From Gammaproteobacteria bacterium (GTDB taxonomy: Bacteria; Pseudomonadota; Gammaproteobacteria; GCA-001735895), in the NCBI GenBank assembly GCA_050298595.1, contig JBNKUM010000057.1:1-34835 (forward strand): a DNA stretch of 34,835 nucleotides. Direction: 5' to 3'. Of the stretch, positions 1-10,423 are shown in pieces. Positions within the stretch are counted from its first letter, which is position 1; every line of letters begins with the position of its first letter. The translations under genes were made by a program, and so were the position numbers. The notes beneath the pieces were generated by a model, which was given only the letters and a program-made list of their open reading frames with translations, did no database searches and was not told where the DNA came from.

Positions 1-290
1 ATTTTGGTGACGGTATGGGAGATCGCAGCAACAGTCCAAACCCGACTCATAGCTATGCATCAGAGGGGACCTATAATGTCATTCTGACGGTAACTGACAA
101 TACGGGTGCAATGGATTCGGACATGACTACTGTAACAGTTAGTTCAGAGGGAACTGACACAGGCGGGTCGGATGAAAGCAGTAGTTCTGCTGGAGCTGCA
201 AGTGTTAATTTTCTATTGATCCTGACCATTGTTCTTTCTCTATCCGCCGGTGGACGTAAAGAATTTCTCGAAAGAGATGAAGTAAATTAA
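1..290 (+). CDS. 3' end of a PKD-domain secreted/surface protein with a GlyGly-CTERM-like tail (partial, begins upstream of the window)
   Basis: The frame is open from base 3 and reads FGDG-MGDRSNSPNPTHSYASEGTYNVILTVTDNTG, a PKD motif. It continues with a Ser/Gly linker, a hydrophobic helix and basic RK residues. Confidence 0.8.
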   Translation, partial: FGDGMGDRSNSPNPTHSYASEGTYNVILTVTDNTGAMDSDMTTVTVSSEGTDTGGSDESSSSAGAASVNFLLILTIVLSLSAGGRKEFLERDEVN

Positions 291-557
291 CTGAAGCTAG
301 AAGATCGTGACGAAGACCCTGTAAAGTAGTTACCGGGTTTCTCTGTCAGTTAGCGAATCGCGAAAACCATGGGGCTGGCCTTACATTTTACATTTACAAA
401 ATTTCTGAGTTTTACATTTCAGCATCATAAGCATTTACAGCCCGACTCACTGTTACATAGCTGCACCCAAAATACTCCCCAACCTGCTCTAGTGTATATT
501 GACCGCTAAGGCTGTCTTTTATCATGCTGTTTTCTCTCCATACCCTTCTTATCAAAA

Positions 558-1691
558 TCACTTATTGGTCGCTTTCAAAAGCACAAATTTCCGATCCGAA
601 GCAACGAGTTCTACCTGTTTGAACCAGCTTTTGAGTTTATTATGATAATGCAGATGGCGATTACCGATTACCCATAGCGCCCCTCCTTTATGCAATACTC
701 GAGCTGATTCTGCAAACATAGATAGAGCCACCGTATCCAGTTGCGTCTGCTGTTGATGAAACGGCGGGTTACATAGCACCAGATCGTAGCAATTATCTGC
801 AAACTGTTTTAATCCATCAGCATTAAAAAAATCGACACGGCCTTCTCGCTCTGACAGTTGCGACATATTATGTCTTGCCGATGCAATTGCCATATAGGAT
901 TCGTCGATAAACGAAATATTAGATGCTGGATTCTGGTAGGCAGCCATCATTCCCAATACGCCATTCCCGCAGCCAAGATCGACGACATCTATTGCGCCTT
1001 CGGTGGCCGGTAAATGTTGTAACATCAACCGAGTTCCATTATCCAGTCGGTCGCGGGAAAAGGTATTCGCGTGATTGAAGAGGGTGAATTCACTATTTTC
1101 CAGCTTCCAGATGGCTGGATAACTGGAGCTTTTTTGTGGCAGATCATGATCGAGTTTAACACTAATAATGCGCGCTTTTTTCTGGGCTTTGCTAGTTTCG
1201 GTAGGACCGATAATTTTTTCCAGCATTTTCCATATCGTGGCTGGCATAGTCTTCACCATACCAGCCAGCAGGATCATGGCATTCGAAGAGAGATGCGGTT
1301 TTAGCTGGATTAATTGATATTCCAGCAGGGCTAGATTTTTTGGCACCTTGATCAATACCAGTTCAAAGTTGCCCGATAATTCGGAGGTACTGGGTACAAA
1401 TTCTACTGCTGACTCCTCAAGCTCATTCGCTATTAAATTTTCTCTGGTTGCCTGATGGGATAACCACGAGTCATTCCAGCTAACAGGATTAAACTTACTT
1501 AACGCGATACTTAAAGCACCGAAACTGTCATTTATAATCAATGGACGAGCGATTGATACTTTCAGTTCTATGAGCTGCTGTAACAGATATTCATCTGCCG
1601 CATCCCAGGCTCTTAGTAGCTCTTTTTTGCGCCTTGGCAATCGTTCGAGCCTGTAGTGATCGAAAGCAGATTCAAAAGTTGATTCAGTCAT
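558..1691 (-). CDS. rlmG: 23S rRNA m2G1835 methyltransferase RlmG
   Basis: LRAWDAADEYL N-terminal motif, SAM-binding VVDLGCGNG and NPPFH motif IV. Alternative TTG start at 1703. Confidence 0.9.
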   Translation of the reverse strand: MTESTFESAFDHYRLERLPRRKKELLRAWDAADEYLLQQLIELKVSIARPLIINDSFGALSIALSKFNPVSWNDSWLSHQATRENLIANELEESAVEFVPSTSELSGNFELVLIKVPKNLALLEYQLIQLKPHLSSNAMILLAGMVKTMPATIWKMLEKIIGPTETSKAQKKARIISVKLDHDLPQKSSSYPAIWKLENSEFTLFNHANTFSRDRLDNGTRLMLQHLPATEGAIDVVDLGCGNGVLGMMAAYQNPASNISFIDESYMAIASARHNMSQLSEREGRVDFFNADGLKQFADNCYDLVLCNPPFHQQQTQLDTVALSMFAESARVLHKGGALWVIGNRHLHYHNKLKSWFKQVELVASDRKFVLLKATNK

Positions 1692-1784
1692 AATGTGGTT
1701 CAATTGTGCTGGCGGGATGAAACACCGGGATTTTACACGCTTACAAAAAACGTCGTTAGATTTATTGAATGGCTACTTCTTTTA

Positions 1785-2399
1785 CTAATTGCGTTCCTGC
1801 AACAACTTAAGCTGGAACAGAACGTTCCTTTCTTCTTCTTCAAGAGTAGTTTGCACGTATTTTATTGTTCGCCAGTAAAGCGGAATCACGTTGTACTTCA
1901 GTGCATTAACCCTTTTCTGAGTTTTGCGCTGCTCTTCCAGTAAGCGCCATAGCGCGGACTCAACCTCAGCAAGTTTAGCCATTTGCATTGCCATATCGCT
2001 AAAGTCTTTGCGCGTTTCATCCAGCATCACATCGGTACCCAGTATGCCCACCGGCTGCATGGGTTGCGGTGTGATTTCTACTGATGGATATTGCACGCCC
2101 ATATTACGCCTGGGTAAAACTTTAACCTTCAGCGCCTGGGGCATGCCCAGTGCCAGCTGTCGAATACGCTGAGTACCCATACGCATCTCGATGATACTTA
2201 AACTACGATACGCTTTGGCCAAACTGGCGTGCGCCTTGCTGCGCAGCCTACGGTATTCTTTTAACTGTCCATACACCAGACGCGTCAACAATTCGCGCTT
2301 TCTTTCCAGCAACTGATACCCCTGATCCAGAAACTCTACCCGGCTGCGTAAATCCAGCAGATTGCTTTTGGTCGGGGCTATGTTGAGTCTATCCTGCAT
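1785..2399 (-). CDS. atpD: V/A-type ATP synthase subunit D
   Basis: PTKSNL...GYQLLERKRELL and KTQKRVNALKYNVIP motifs. Last gene of the operon. Confidence 0.95.
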   Translation of the reverse strand: MQDRLNIAPTKSNLLDLRSRVEFLDQGYQLLERKRELLTRLVYGQLKEYRRLRSKAHASLAKAYRSLSIIEMRMGTQRIRQLALGMPQALKVKVLPRRNMGVQYPSVEITPQPMQPVGILGTDVMLDETRKDFSDMAMQMAKLAEVESALWRLLEEQRKTQKRVNALKYNVIPLYWRTIKYVQTTLEEEERNVLFQLKLLQERN

Positions 2400-3788
2400 T
2401 TACAGGGTTCCATCCCAGCTATGATATTTCTGCAGATCTTTCTCGCTGACCCGAGTCAGCGCCTCGGTAGGCAATAGCGACAGAATTTCCCAGGCCAGAT
2501 CCAGCGTTTCGATAATACTGCGCTCTTCATTCAAACCCTGGCACACAAAACGATCCTCAAATGCATTGGCAAATTGCAGATAACGCCGATCTCGAGCTGA
2601 CAGCTCTTCTGCACCGATAATTGATGCCAGATTGCGTGCATCCAGAGCTCGGGTGTAAGCAGCATATAACTGACTGGCTACGCGTGGATGATCTTCACGG
2701 GTATCATCCTTGCCGATACCATCCTTCATCAGGCGCGATAACGAGGGTGGCACATTAACCGGTGGATAGATTGATTTACTATGTAAATCACGACTCAAAA
2801 CGATCTGCCCTTCGGTAATGTAACCGGTTAAATCGGGTATGGGATGAGTGATATCATCACTCGGCATAGATAACACAGGAATCATGGTGATTGACCCATG
2901 ATGATCTCGCACCCGGCCTGCTCGCTCATAAATTTCTGCCAGATCTGAATATAGATATCCGGGATATCCTTTACGCGAAGGTACATCACCCTTTTCGGTC
3001 GCCACCTCACGTAGAGCTTCGGCGTACTTGGTCATATCTGTTATTACCACCAGCACGTGTAGATCCAGATCATAAGCCAGGTACTCTGCTACCGTTAATG
3101 CAGTACGTGGTAGAATCAACCGTTCCATAGGTGGGTCATTGGCTAGATTGGTAAACATCACCACATTACGCAACACACCACTAGATTCGAATTCATTCTC
3201 AAAGAATCGAGCATCTGAATAGGACACACCCATAGCGGCAAACACCACCACAAAACTGGATGCTTCCCCGGTCAGTTTGGCCTGTCGAACTATTTGCGCA
3301 GCCAGTTGATTATGTGGCAGACCTGACCCCGAAAAGATGGGTAGCTTCTGTCCACGTACCAGCGAATTCAGGCCATCGATAGTGGAAATCCCTGTCTGAA
3401 TAAACTCTCTCGGATAGGCGCGCGCGGCTGGATTGACCGGGGCACCATTTACATCGCGCTTCAGACTGGAAATAATCGGGGGACGTCCATCCAGCGGCGC
3501 ACCAATACCATTAAAGTTCCGTCCGAGCAGATCGGGTGATAGCGGCATTTCAAACGGCTCATCCAGAAAACGCACCCAGGTATTTTCCAGATCCAGATTA
3601 TCTGTACCTTCGAAAACCTGCACCAGCACAACATCTTCTGAGGTTTTTAACACCTGACCATTGCGTCGGTTACCCTTATGGTCGCGAATAGCTACACGGT
3701 CACCCGCTGCTACTGAACCTACCCCTTTCATGTACATCAGGGCGCCATGCACGTTGTCGACCTTACGGTATTCAATCGCTGTCATCAC
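2400..3788 (-). CDS. atpB: V/A-type ATP synthase subunit B
   Basis: RGQKLPIFSGSGLPHN and DDITHPIPDLTGYITEGQI signatures. Confidence 0.97.
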   Translation of the reverse strand: MMTAIEYRKVDNVHGALMYMKGVGSVAAGDRVAIRDHKGNRRNGQVLKTSEDVVLVQVFEGTDNLDLENTWVRFLDEPFEMPLSPDLLGRNFNGIGAPLDGRPPIISSLKRDVNGAPVNPAARAYPREFIQTGISTIDGLNSLVRGQKLPIFSGSGLPHNQLAAQIVRQAKLTGEASSFVVVFAAMGVSYSDARFFENEFESSGVLRNVVMFTNLANDPPMERLILPRTALTVAEYLAYDLDLHVLVVITDMTKYAEALREVATEKGDVPSRKGYPGYLYSDLAEIYERAGRVRDHHGSITMIPVLSMPSDDITHPIPDLTGYITEGQIVLSRDLHSKSIYPPVNVPPSLSRLMKDGIGKDDTREDHPRVASQLYAAYTRALDARNLASIIGAEELSARDRRYLQFANAFEDRFVCQGLNEERSIIETLDLAWEILSLLPTEALTRVSEKDLQKYHSWDGTL

Positions 3789-5563
3789 ACGGTCTCCGGT
3801 TTAGAACTGTATTCCACCCTGATTACATTCAGCTCATCACTAATTTGATTACGGAATGTCATCATTTCCTCTAGCTGCTCACTACTATAGGTCGACTTAA
3901 GACGTTTCAATTGCCCAATACTCTTTAATTGCTGTAACTGCTCTACGGGCACACCCAGCTTGATCAGTGCTTTGCCTTCATCGTGCAATAACATCACCAT
4001 GTCCAGCAATTGAAACTGCTTCTCTGGTGAGCAGTAACTGTCAACGGGATCAAGAGCGCTTTGCTGCAAAATAGCTTCCTTGATCAGAGCAGTGCTTTCC
4101 AGCGCCCATCGTTGTGATGATGACAGTGCTTCCGGCCCCACCAGATTAACGATTCTTTCCAGTTCATCGGCCTTTGCCAGTAACGCCAGTGCCTGCGCGC
4201 GACGTTGCGCCCATCTTTTATCAACATGCTCTGCCCACCATTCGGCTGCCCTGTGTTGATAGTCAGAGAAACTATCCTGCCAGGATACCGAGGGGTAATG
4301 TCGCGCATCAGCCAGGGGTTTGGAAAGAGCCCAGAATGTGCGAATAATTTCCTTGGTATGACTGGTGACGGGTTCGGAAAAATCACCACCCGGCGGGCTG
4401 ACTGCGCCAATCAGGCTGACCGATCCACTTTCACCATCAAGGGTCTGGACTGATCCTGCGCGTTCATAAAATGCCGCCAGACGCGAAGATAGATAAGCAG
4501 GATAGCCTTCCTCAACCGGCATCTGACCCAGGCGACCAGCCACTTCGCGCAGAGCCTCGGCCCAACGACTGGTGGAGTCTGCAACCATCACCACATCATA
4601 GCCCTGATCACGATAATACTCGGCCATGGTGACGCCAACATAGATGCTGGCTTCACGCGCAACCACCGGCATATTGGAGGTATTTGCCACCAGAAAGGTA
4701 CGTTCCATCAATGATCGACCGCTATAGGGATCGGTCAGTTTGGGAAAGGATTCTAGTATATCGACCAGTTCGTTACCACGTTCACCACAACCTACATACA
4801 GTACGATATCTGCATTGGCCCAGCGTGCAATCTGCTGCTGCACCATGGTTTTACCCGCGCCGAATGGTCCCGGCACAGCTGCTTTGCCCCCTTTTAATAA
4901 TGGAAAAAAAGTATCCAGTACACGTTGCCCGGTCAATAGTGGGTTACTTGAATTATCACGTTCGCTATAAGGTCGCGGCAGGCGTACCGGCCACTTGTGA
5001 TACATTTTCATATCACTGATATGCCCTTGTTTGTTACGCAAGCGAACCACTACCTGCTCTACCGTATAGTCACCTTCCAGTGCATGCTCCACAACCTCGC
5101 CTTCACAGTCAGGGGGAACCAGTATCCTGTGCACAATGGTTTCAGTTTCCTGCACCGACGCAATAACCTGACCGGGCTTTAAGGTGACACCTATATGCAA
5201 CCTGTCATCCGGAATAAAGTGCCAGAGCTTATCTCTATCCAGTGCGTCAACTACCAGGCCCCGGCTGATGTGTTGCCCGCTTATTTCAAGGATGCGATTG
5301 AGAGGACGTTGTACTCCATCAAAAATCTGTCCCAGCAAGCCCGGACCTAGTTCTACCGATAACGGGTGGCCTAGTGCCTGCACCAGCTCACCTGGTTTTA
5401 AGGAATCTGTTGATTCATAAACCTGAACCAGTGCATCCTTTGCCCGCAGATGGATCACCTCCCCCACCAGCCCCAGTTTACCAATCCTGACCTGTTCACC
5501 ATTGGTAATACCTTCCTGTTGAATGGTGACTATAGGCCCATTGACTTCTATCACCTTACCCAT
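3785..5563 (-). CDS. atpA: V/A-type ATP synthase catalytic subunit A
   Basis: P-loop GPFGAGKT, plus [22 protein letters not shown] and [13 protein letters not shown]. Confidence 0.97.
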   Translation of the reverse strand: MGKVIEVNGPIVTIQQEGITNGEQVRIGKLGLVGEVIHLRAKDALVQVYESTDSLKPGELVQALGHPLSVELGPGLLGQIFDGVQRPLNRILEISGQHISRGLVVDALDRDKLWHFIPDDRLHIGVTLKPGQVIASVQETETIVHRILVPPDCEGEVVEHALEGDYTVEQVVVRLRNKQGHISDMKMYHKWPVRLPRPYSERDNSSNPLLTGQRVLDTFFPLLKGGKAAVPGPFGAGKTMVQQQIARWANADIVLYVGCGERGNELVDILESFPKLTDPYSGRSLMERTFLVANTSNMPVVAREASIYVGVTMAEYYRDQGYDVVMVADSTSRWAEALREVAGRLGQMPVEEGYPAYLSSRLAAFYERAGSVQTLDGESGSVSLIGAVSPPGGDFSEPVTSHTKEIIRTFWALSKPLADARHYPSVSWQDSFSDYQHRAAEWWAEHVDKRWAQRRAQALALLAKADELERIVNLVGPEALSSSQRWALESTALIKEAILQQSALDPVDSYCSPEKQFQLLDMVMLLHDEGKALIKLGVPVEQLQQLKSIGQLKRLKSTYSSEQLEEMMTFRNQISDELNVIRVEYSSKPETV

Positions 5564-6206
5564 GAGTAGTTGCCTCTATGCTGAGAACTTTTGAAAAAAG
5601 ACGCTCAAAAATTGTTCGTAACAACTCATCTTCACGACGTGAGATAATGCCTTCAAAAGTATTATCGATCATCATCGAACCATCCTCTGACATCAGCCGC
5701 AATCCACCGCTACACTCACACAATTCTTCAGAAAGCTGCACATTAACCCCCAGTTTTTCAGTCATCTGTTTCCATGAGGCGGCATAATTCTTATGATCCC
5801 GATGGTTAAGTTTTGCTACCATACCGGGCTCAGCAAGCTCTGCAGCAGCTTTTGCTAACAATTGATTGAATATTGGGTCATAAACCTTTCTATCCTGCGC
5901 GATTTCCACTACCTGTTGATGAACCTTGTCCATTACCGACTGAACCAGCCCCCAGCGATGTCTGTCCAGTGAGGCCTGCAACTTGATCTCATTCGCCTGT
6001 ACCCGGCGCTGGAATTCACGTTCTGCATTTTCATTAGCAGCCAGCAGCTCTTTCTGTTCCATTAACTTCACCTTGACACGCGCATCCTCCATCATTCGAG
6101 CGCGTGTCATCTGCCCCTGACTGACATGTTCTTCAGTCAATACCCTGGCACGCTTAATAATTGCATCCTGCAATGCTTTAACCTGATTTGTTGAGTCATT
6201 CGCCAT
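5556..6206 (-). CDS. V/A-type ATP synthase subunit E
   Basis: Coiled-coil N-terminus and C-terminal SGGLRLMSEDGSMMIDNTFE motif. Operon position. Confidence 0.88.
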   Translation of the reverse strand: MANDSTNQVKALQDAIIKRARVLTEEHVSQGQMTRARMMEDARVKVKLMEQKELLAANENAEREFQRRVQANEIKLQASLDRHRWGLVQSVMDKVHQQVVEIAQDRKVYDPIFNQLLAKAAAELAEPGMVAKLNHRDHKNYAASWKQMTEKLGVNVQLSEELCECSGGLRLMSEDGSMMIDNTFEGIISRREDELLRTIFERLFSKVLSIEATTHG

Positions 6207-6525
6207 TGAGAAGCTCCTCTACTGCAGAATTACCCAGCACCCGAGCAATCAAATGATCAACCGGTGCCTGATATTTATTAGCCGAAAGAATGTCTGGAAT
6301 TTCACTGATTAAGATATGCCCGCCTTCATTGCGTATCTGCTCAAGTAGCGGTAGATCAGCTTTAAACAGATTCTGCTGCAAAAAGATTAATGCGCTCTCC
6401 TTATTGCGTAATAACTGAGTCAGGATTTTTTCAACCTCAGTGATATCCAGATCTGCATAGGTTTCCATACCCAGCAGGGCAAACCCATCCATCAAAACAC
6501 TATTACCAATCGCCAGCTGGCGCAT
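6196..6525 (-). CDS. V/A-type ATP synthase subunit F
   Basis: 109 aa with an N-terminal AIGNSVLMDGFALLG and an ISEIP motif. Translationally coupled to neighbours. Confidence 0.88.
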   Translation of the reverse strand: MRQLAIGNSVLMDGFALLGMETYADLDITEVEKILTQLLRNKESALIFLQQNLFKADLPLLEQIRNEGGHILISEIPDILSANKYQAPVDHLIARVLGNSAVEELLNGE

Positions 6526-6971
6526 TAGATTTTGCCCAGCAACAGGATAGTCACTACCAGACCATAAATCGCAATACCTTCACCTAGCCCTAAATACACC
6601 AGAGTACGTCCAAACATTTCAGGCTTTTCAGTAATCACCGCCAACGATGCGGCACCTACCGAACTCACCGCGATACCAGCACCGATGGTCGCCAGACCCG
6701 TGGGCAGGCCAATACCAATCAGAGCAAGGCCATAGCCGATACTGATTTCCCTGGCTCCCTCAATAGCTGCGGTTTGTGCAAAGGCTTCATTGATGCCGGA
6801 CAGCAGCATCAGGCCAATGCCCCCGACGAAAACCAGTAAATTAAGCCCAACACTACCTCGCACCCAGTTTGGAATACGCGAATTTCGTTCAACCGGATTA
6901 AGCTGCAGATAAATGCCCAGTCCGATTAATGACAACATGCTAATAGTCAATAAAATGGTTAGCGTACTCAT
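6525..6971 (-). CDS. V/A-type ATP synthase proteolipid subunit K (c)
   Basis: C-terminal hairpin with Gly-rich helix, EKPE loop and ion-binding Glu131 (GLGEGIAIYG). Confidence 0.92.
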   Translation of the reverse strand: MSTLTILLTISMLSLIGLGIYLQLNPVERNSRIPNWVRGSVGLNLLVFVGGIGLMLLSGINEAFAQTAAIEGAREISIGYGLALIGIGLPTGLATIGAGIAVSSVGAASLAVITEKPEMFGRTLVYLGLGEGIAIYGLVVTILLLGKI

Positions 6972-6986
6972 AGTGTTCTCCTGTTG

Positions 6987-8882
6987 TTAAATAGGGTCTA
7001 TTTTCAGTGGTTGATAAGGTTTGCCCTTACCACTGAAAAAGCGTGAAAATCCTTCATAGTATTCAAGGCGCAGGCATTGAATCGCCACTATCGCTCCTTC
7101 CAGCACGATGATAAAAATATTACCCAGCACGATAGCCACACCATGCCCGAAGGTATCCAGCATGGCTGCCAGCGTAAATACAGCGGTGGCCAACGCGATA
7201 TGATTGAGTGAAAAGGCAGCAATACGCAGAAAAGACAGCGTTGCAGAAACGTTATTGATGACAATTTCCAGTCCTTCAACCATCACCACCATAACGCGCT
7301 CCACCAGCGAGCCCGATGACTCCAGCCACTGGTAATAAAGCATCATCAGCATGGCTATTAATATAAGTAGCTTTATACCCATACCTGCTAGAGAAGGGAG
7401 TGTATCGACTGTGATCAGATAGAACACCGCCAGTAGATAAAAGGCCAGGCCCGTTACACCCAGAGGACTGTAAAGTGCCTGACGATAAAGCCCCATCACC
7501 CAGGCATTGCGTATCGACAACAGGTTAGCGATGATGAGAAATCCTATTCCCCAGTACAGTGCCAGACGTAATACATGCTGTGGGTCTTCCATTGGAGACA
7601 TCCATAATGGATTTACAATATGTTCATAGCCAAACAGGCTGCCGTAAAAAAAACCGAACATTATCGAAGACGCGCCAGCGAGACTGCCTATCACAGCGAG
7701 TGCTGGCAGGCGTCGAATAAACATCAGAGCGCCCAGTAAAATCACACCGCCATGTCCAATGTCACCAAACATCATGCCAAACATAAGCGTGTAGCTAAGC
7801 GCAAACAGGATACTCGGATCATACTCTCCGTACTGGGGTAATCCATATTGTTTAATCAGAGAATTAAAAGGCTTGATCAGCCAGTTCTGGCGTAACTTGG
7901 TCGGCACCCTGGACAACTCATCCTGAGCGGGTGACTCGAATATCAATTGGTAAGGATATTCCAGTCTACCCTGTAGACTCTGCTCTACTTCTTTCATGCG
8001 ATACTCAGGAACCCATCCCTGAAGCGTGACCAGGCGCCCTTTTCCTTTCAGATAAGCTGCCACATAGGCGTATGGCATAGCCTGATAAACCATCTCTCCG
8101 GCTTGCTGCAGTAATAACTGATTACTCTTTACCAGTTCCTGCAGTTGCTGCTGCTGAAGATCCAGTTTCTGATTGATATCCTGTTGTTTTGCTATTAACT
8201 TTTCACTCACCGTATGCGGGTGATCAGTAAACTCATCAGGAATAGAGAGCTCTCTGAAATCAGCCGACCTGAGCAGTTCCTGCACCTCCTGAGCCTGCTC
8301 TGCTGAGCCTACGATAATGACAAAATCGAAACCTTCAAAAGTATAGAAACGATCTAGTACGTAACCACTAATCGATAATGCTCGACGTAGCTGCTCAGTA
8401 TTGGTGCTCGCAACCATACCCGTTTGTACATTTAAAAACTGGCTTTTTCGCCCCAATCTTTTGAGATCAATATCCAGATTAATAAAGCGTTGCAAACTAC
8501 CCAGTAATTGATTAACAGCACTGATCTGTTCCTTTAATTGTCGCTGTTGCTCTTCATGCTGTGAAACCTCTGCCCATAAGCGTTTCAGCTTTTCATCAAC
8601 TTCATCAAGTTGATCAACTGAGAGCAATGTAGCGCGGGTTAAGGTGAGGTCCTGTTGAGCGGGGCTTTCAATATAGGCATGAATTTTTTTGTAGCGCGAC
8701 AGAATACTATGAAAACTGTCCTGAAACTCATCGGCAGGATTATCCAGCAACAACTCACCTTCATCAGGTATTTCCTCAAGATGCACCACCGAAAGCGCAG
8801 CAAGAACATTTGCCGCTAGCTGAGTATCATCTGCAATAAGCCTTAGCTTCATCCGTTTCATGGTGACAGGAGTACTTAACAT
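6987..8882 (-). CDS. V/A-type ATP synthase subunit I (a)
   Basis: YGLPQYGEYDP, FGMMFGDIGHG, LSFLRIAAF (essential Arg) and LRLEYYEGFSRFF. Confidence 0.95.
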   Translation of the reverse strand: MLSTPVTMKRMKLRLIADDTQLAANVLAALSVVHLEEIPDEGELLLDNPADEFQDSFHSILSRYKKIHAYIESPAQQDLTLTRATLLSVDQLDEVDEKLKRLWAEVSQHEEQQRQLKEQISAVNQLLGSLQRFINLDIDLKRLGRKSQFLNVQTGMVASTNTEQLRRALSISGYVLDRFYTFEGFDFVIIVGSAEQAQEVQELLRSADFRELSIPDEFTDHPHTVSEKLIAKQQDINQKLDLQQQQLQELVKSNQLLLQQAGEMVYQAMPYAYVAAYLKGKGRLVTLQGWVPEYRMKEVEQSLQGRLEYPYQLIFESPAQDELSRVPTKLRQNWLIKPFNSLIKQYGLPQYGEYDPSILFALSYTLMFGMMFGDIGHGGVILLGALMFIRRLPALAVIGSLAGASSIMFGFFYGSLFGYEHIVNPLWMSPMEDPQHVLRLALYWGIGFLIIANLLSIRNAWVMGLYRQALYSPLGVTGLAFYLLAVFYLITVDTLPSLAGMGIKLLILIAMLMMLYYQWLESSGSLVERVMVVMVEGLEIVINNVSATLSFLRIAAFSLNHIALATAVFTLAAMLDTFGHGVAIVLGNIFIIVLEGAIVAIQCLRLEYYEGFSRFFSGKGKPYQPLKIDPI

Positions 8883-9904
8883 CAGTTCTCAACCCCCACA
8901 GCCCGCCCTATCAACTCTTCACTAAAGCCTAATTGCTTACCTTTAATTATCGCTAATAGATATCGAGTTTCTGCTTCTCGTAATAACAGATAGGAAAACA
9001 GCCGAGTAATATCAGAGTAATGATGACTCAGTCCCTTTTTAGCTGCCGACAGATAATAAAACTCCATGATCTGTTCAACCTCGAATATACTATGCACAGC
9101 AGACAACTTCTTCTTCAACACGGGTGGTAGCTCTTCTATCACTTCTGCCAGCGACCCTTTACTCGCCAGCTTCATCAGCTGAGAGGACTGTAAGCTTTTA
9201 CCGGAAGCGGTTAACAGGTAATAAGATCGAGCCGCTGACAACCCATATGAAAAACGATATCTCAATAACCAGAGCAGATTAAAGCGATCCATTAAAATGC
9301 CAAGAACATTATTCAGGTGCATCTGTTCTTCATTGGAGAGAAAACGAGCACGAGTCGAAAGCTCAACAAAGAAATTACGGTCTATGGCTGAATCCAGCGA
9401 AAAAAGATCATGCCCCTGCTCATCAAAAACCCGCCTTGCCTGGCGCACAATGCCTCCATAGGCTGTCTGCTCCAGTAATCGCAGCATTTCAAATGGATCG
9501 TCGGTTTCCAGTAACGTCTTGACCGGTAAATCAGCATACTCGCCCAGATTGACCAATTGCATCTGCAGCTCAGATTCTTTCACTCCAGCAAACTTACCAC
9601 GGATTAGCATCTTTAGATTTGCCAGTTCAAACCATCGAATGGCATGTTTTAGAAAACGTCGATTATTGGCATTTAAGGGGCGCAGTAAGAGTTGAAAATC
9701 GAGATACATACTACGAGTTATCAACCTGCGTAGCTGGGGTATAGGAATTTCCAGATTATGTTCTGGTAACACTGTTTGAATAAGTGCTGGTAGCTGTTCC
9801 AGGTCACTCGCCACTATCCTGTTTAGAACGCTCTCGTCCAGCAGGCGCTGAACCATCAGATCGGTACGGGTAGAGAGGTAATAATCTGAAGAAGCAGTAT
9901 TCAT
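8882..9904 (-). CDS. V/A-type ATP synthase subunit C (d)
   Basis: 340 aa with ELANLKMLIRGK and FNLLWLLRY repeats. Operon position. Confidence 0.85.
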   Translation of the reverse strand: MNTASSDYYLSTRTDLMVQRLLDESVLNRIVASDLEQLPALIQTVLPEHNLEIPIPQLRRLITRSMYLDFQLLLRPLNANNRRFLKHAIRWFELANLKMLIRGKFAGVKESELQMQLVNLGEYADLPVKTLLETDDPFEMLRLLEQTAYGGIVRQARRVFDEQGHDLFSLDSAIDRNFFVELSTRARFLSNEEQMHLNNVLGILMDRFNLLWLLRYRFSYGLSAARSYYLLTASGKSLQSSQLMKLASKGSLAEVIEELPPVLKKKLSAVHSIFEVEQIMEFYYLSAAKKGLSHHYSDITRLFSYLLLREAETRYLLAIIKGKQLGFSEELIGRAVGVEN

Positions 9905-10224
9905 CAGCTAGTTTGATCAAACAGAATGAGTTTGAGGGCATGTTCGGCGGCTTCATCGGCATGCTGTTCGGCCAGTGCTCTGAGCTCTTTATTACGCTCG
10001 TCGTATCTCACCTTAATCTCAGCAATACTTTGCACTGCTCGTTCCTGTGCCTTATCACTGAAAGCCTGATGCATCTCTGGCAATCGGTCATGAAACTGCT
10101 GCTCAAGGGCACGCGCATCATTAACTGCCTGCTGGATGATGTCTTCGCGTTGTTTTTCTCCCTGTGCAACGATGTTCTCGGCCTGTTGCTCGGCCTCCAG
10201 CAATTCTTTTAAGGACTCATCCAT
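9904..10224 (-). CDS. V/A-type ATP synthase peripheral stalk subunit G/H
   Basis: 106-aa Glu/Gln/Ala-rich coiled coil (LLEAEQQAENIV). First gene of the operon, with an AGAGGGG RBS. Confidence 0.8.
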   Translation of the reverse strand: MDESLKELLEAEQQAENIVAQGEKQREDIIQQAVNDARALEQQFHDRLPEMHQAFSDKAQERAVQSIAEIKVRYDERNKELRALAEQHADEAAEHALKLILFDQTS

Positions 10225-10262
10225 CTAGCTACACCCCTCTGATTGCATTCATTGGTACCAGT

Positions 10263-10304
10263 ATAGTATGACGCTGCCTACAGGTGCATATTGATTTACA
10301 TCAA
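10263..10304 (-). promoter_or_regulatory. FNR/ANR-type box with class II promoter for the V-ATPase operon
   Basis: TTGAT-TTAC-ATCAA at 10291-10304 is a perfect match to TTGAT-N4-ATCAA. A minus-strand -10 element TACTAT at 10268-10263 puts the box centre at about -41.5. Confidence 0.8.
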
Positions 10305-10423
10305 TCGAATCTCGCTAATCCTGAAATCTGCAGTTGAACATGGATTTTTTTACACAAGTCTGTTGCGTTATAAGGTAAAGAGTTGCTGAATACACTGAAG
10401 GGATTGCAGTCAAACCTTTCGAC

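Noticed and set aside
3785-5563. Intein in ATPase subunit A
   Set aside because: Normal length (592 aa) and an uninterrupted P-loop.
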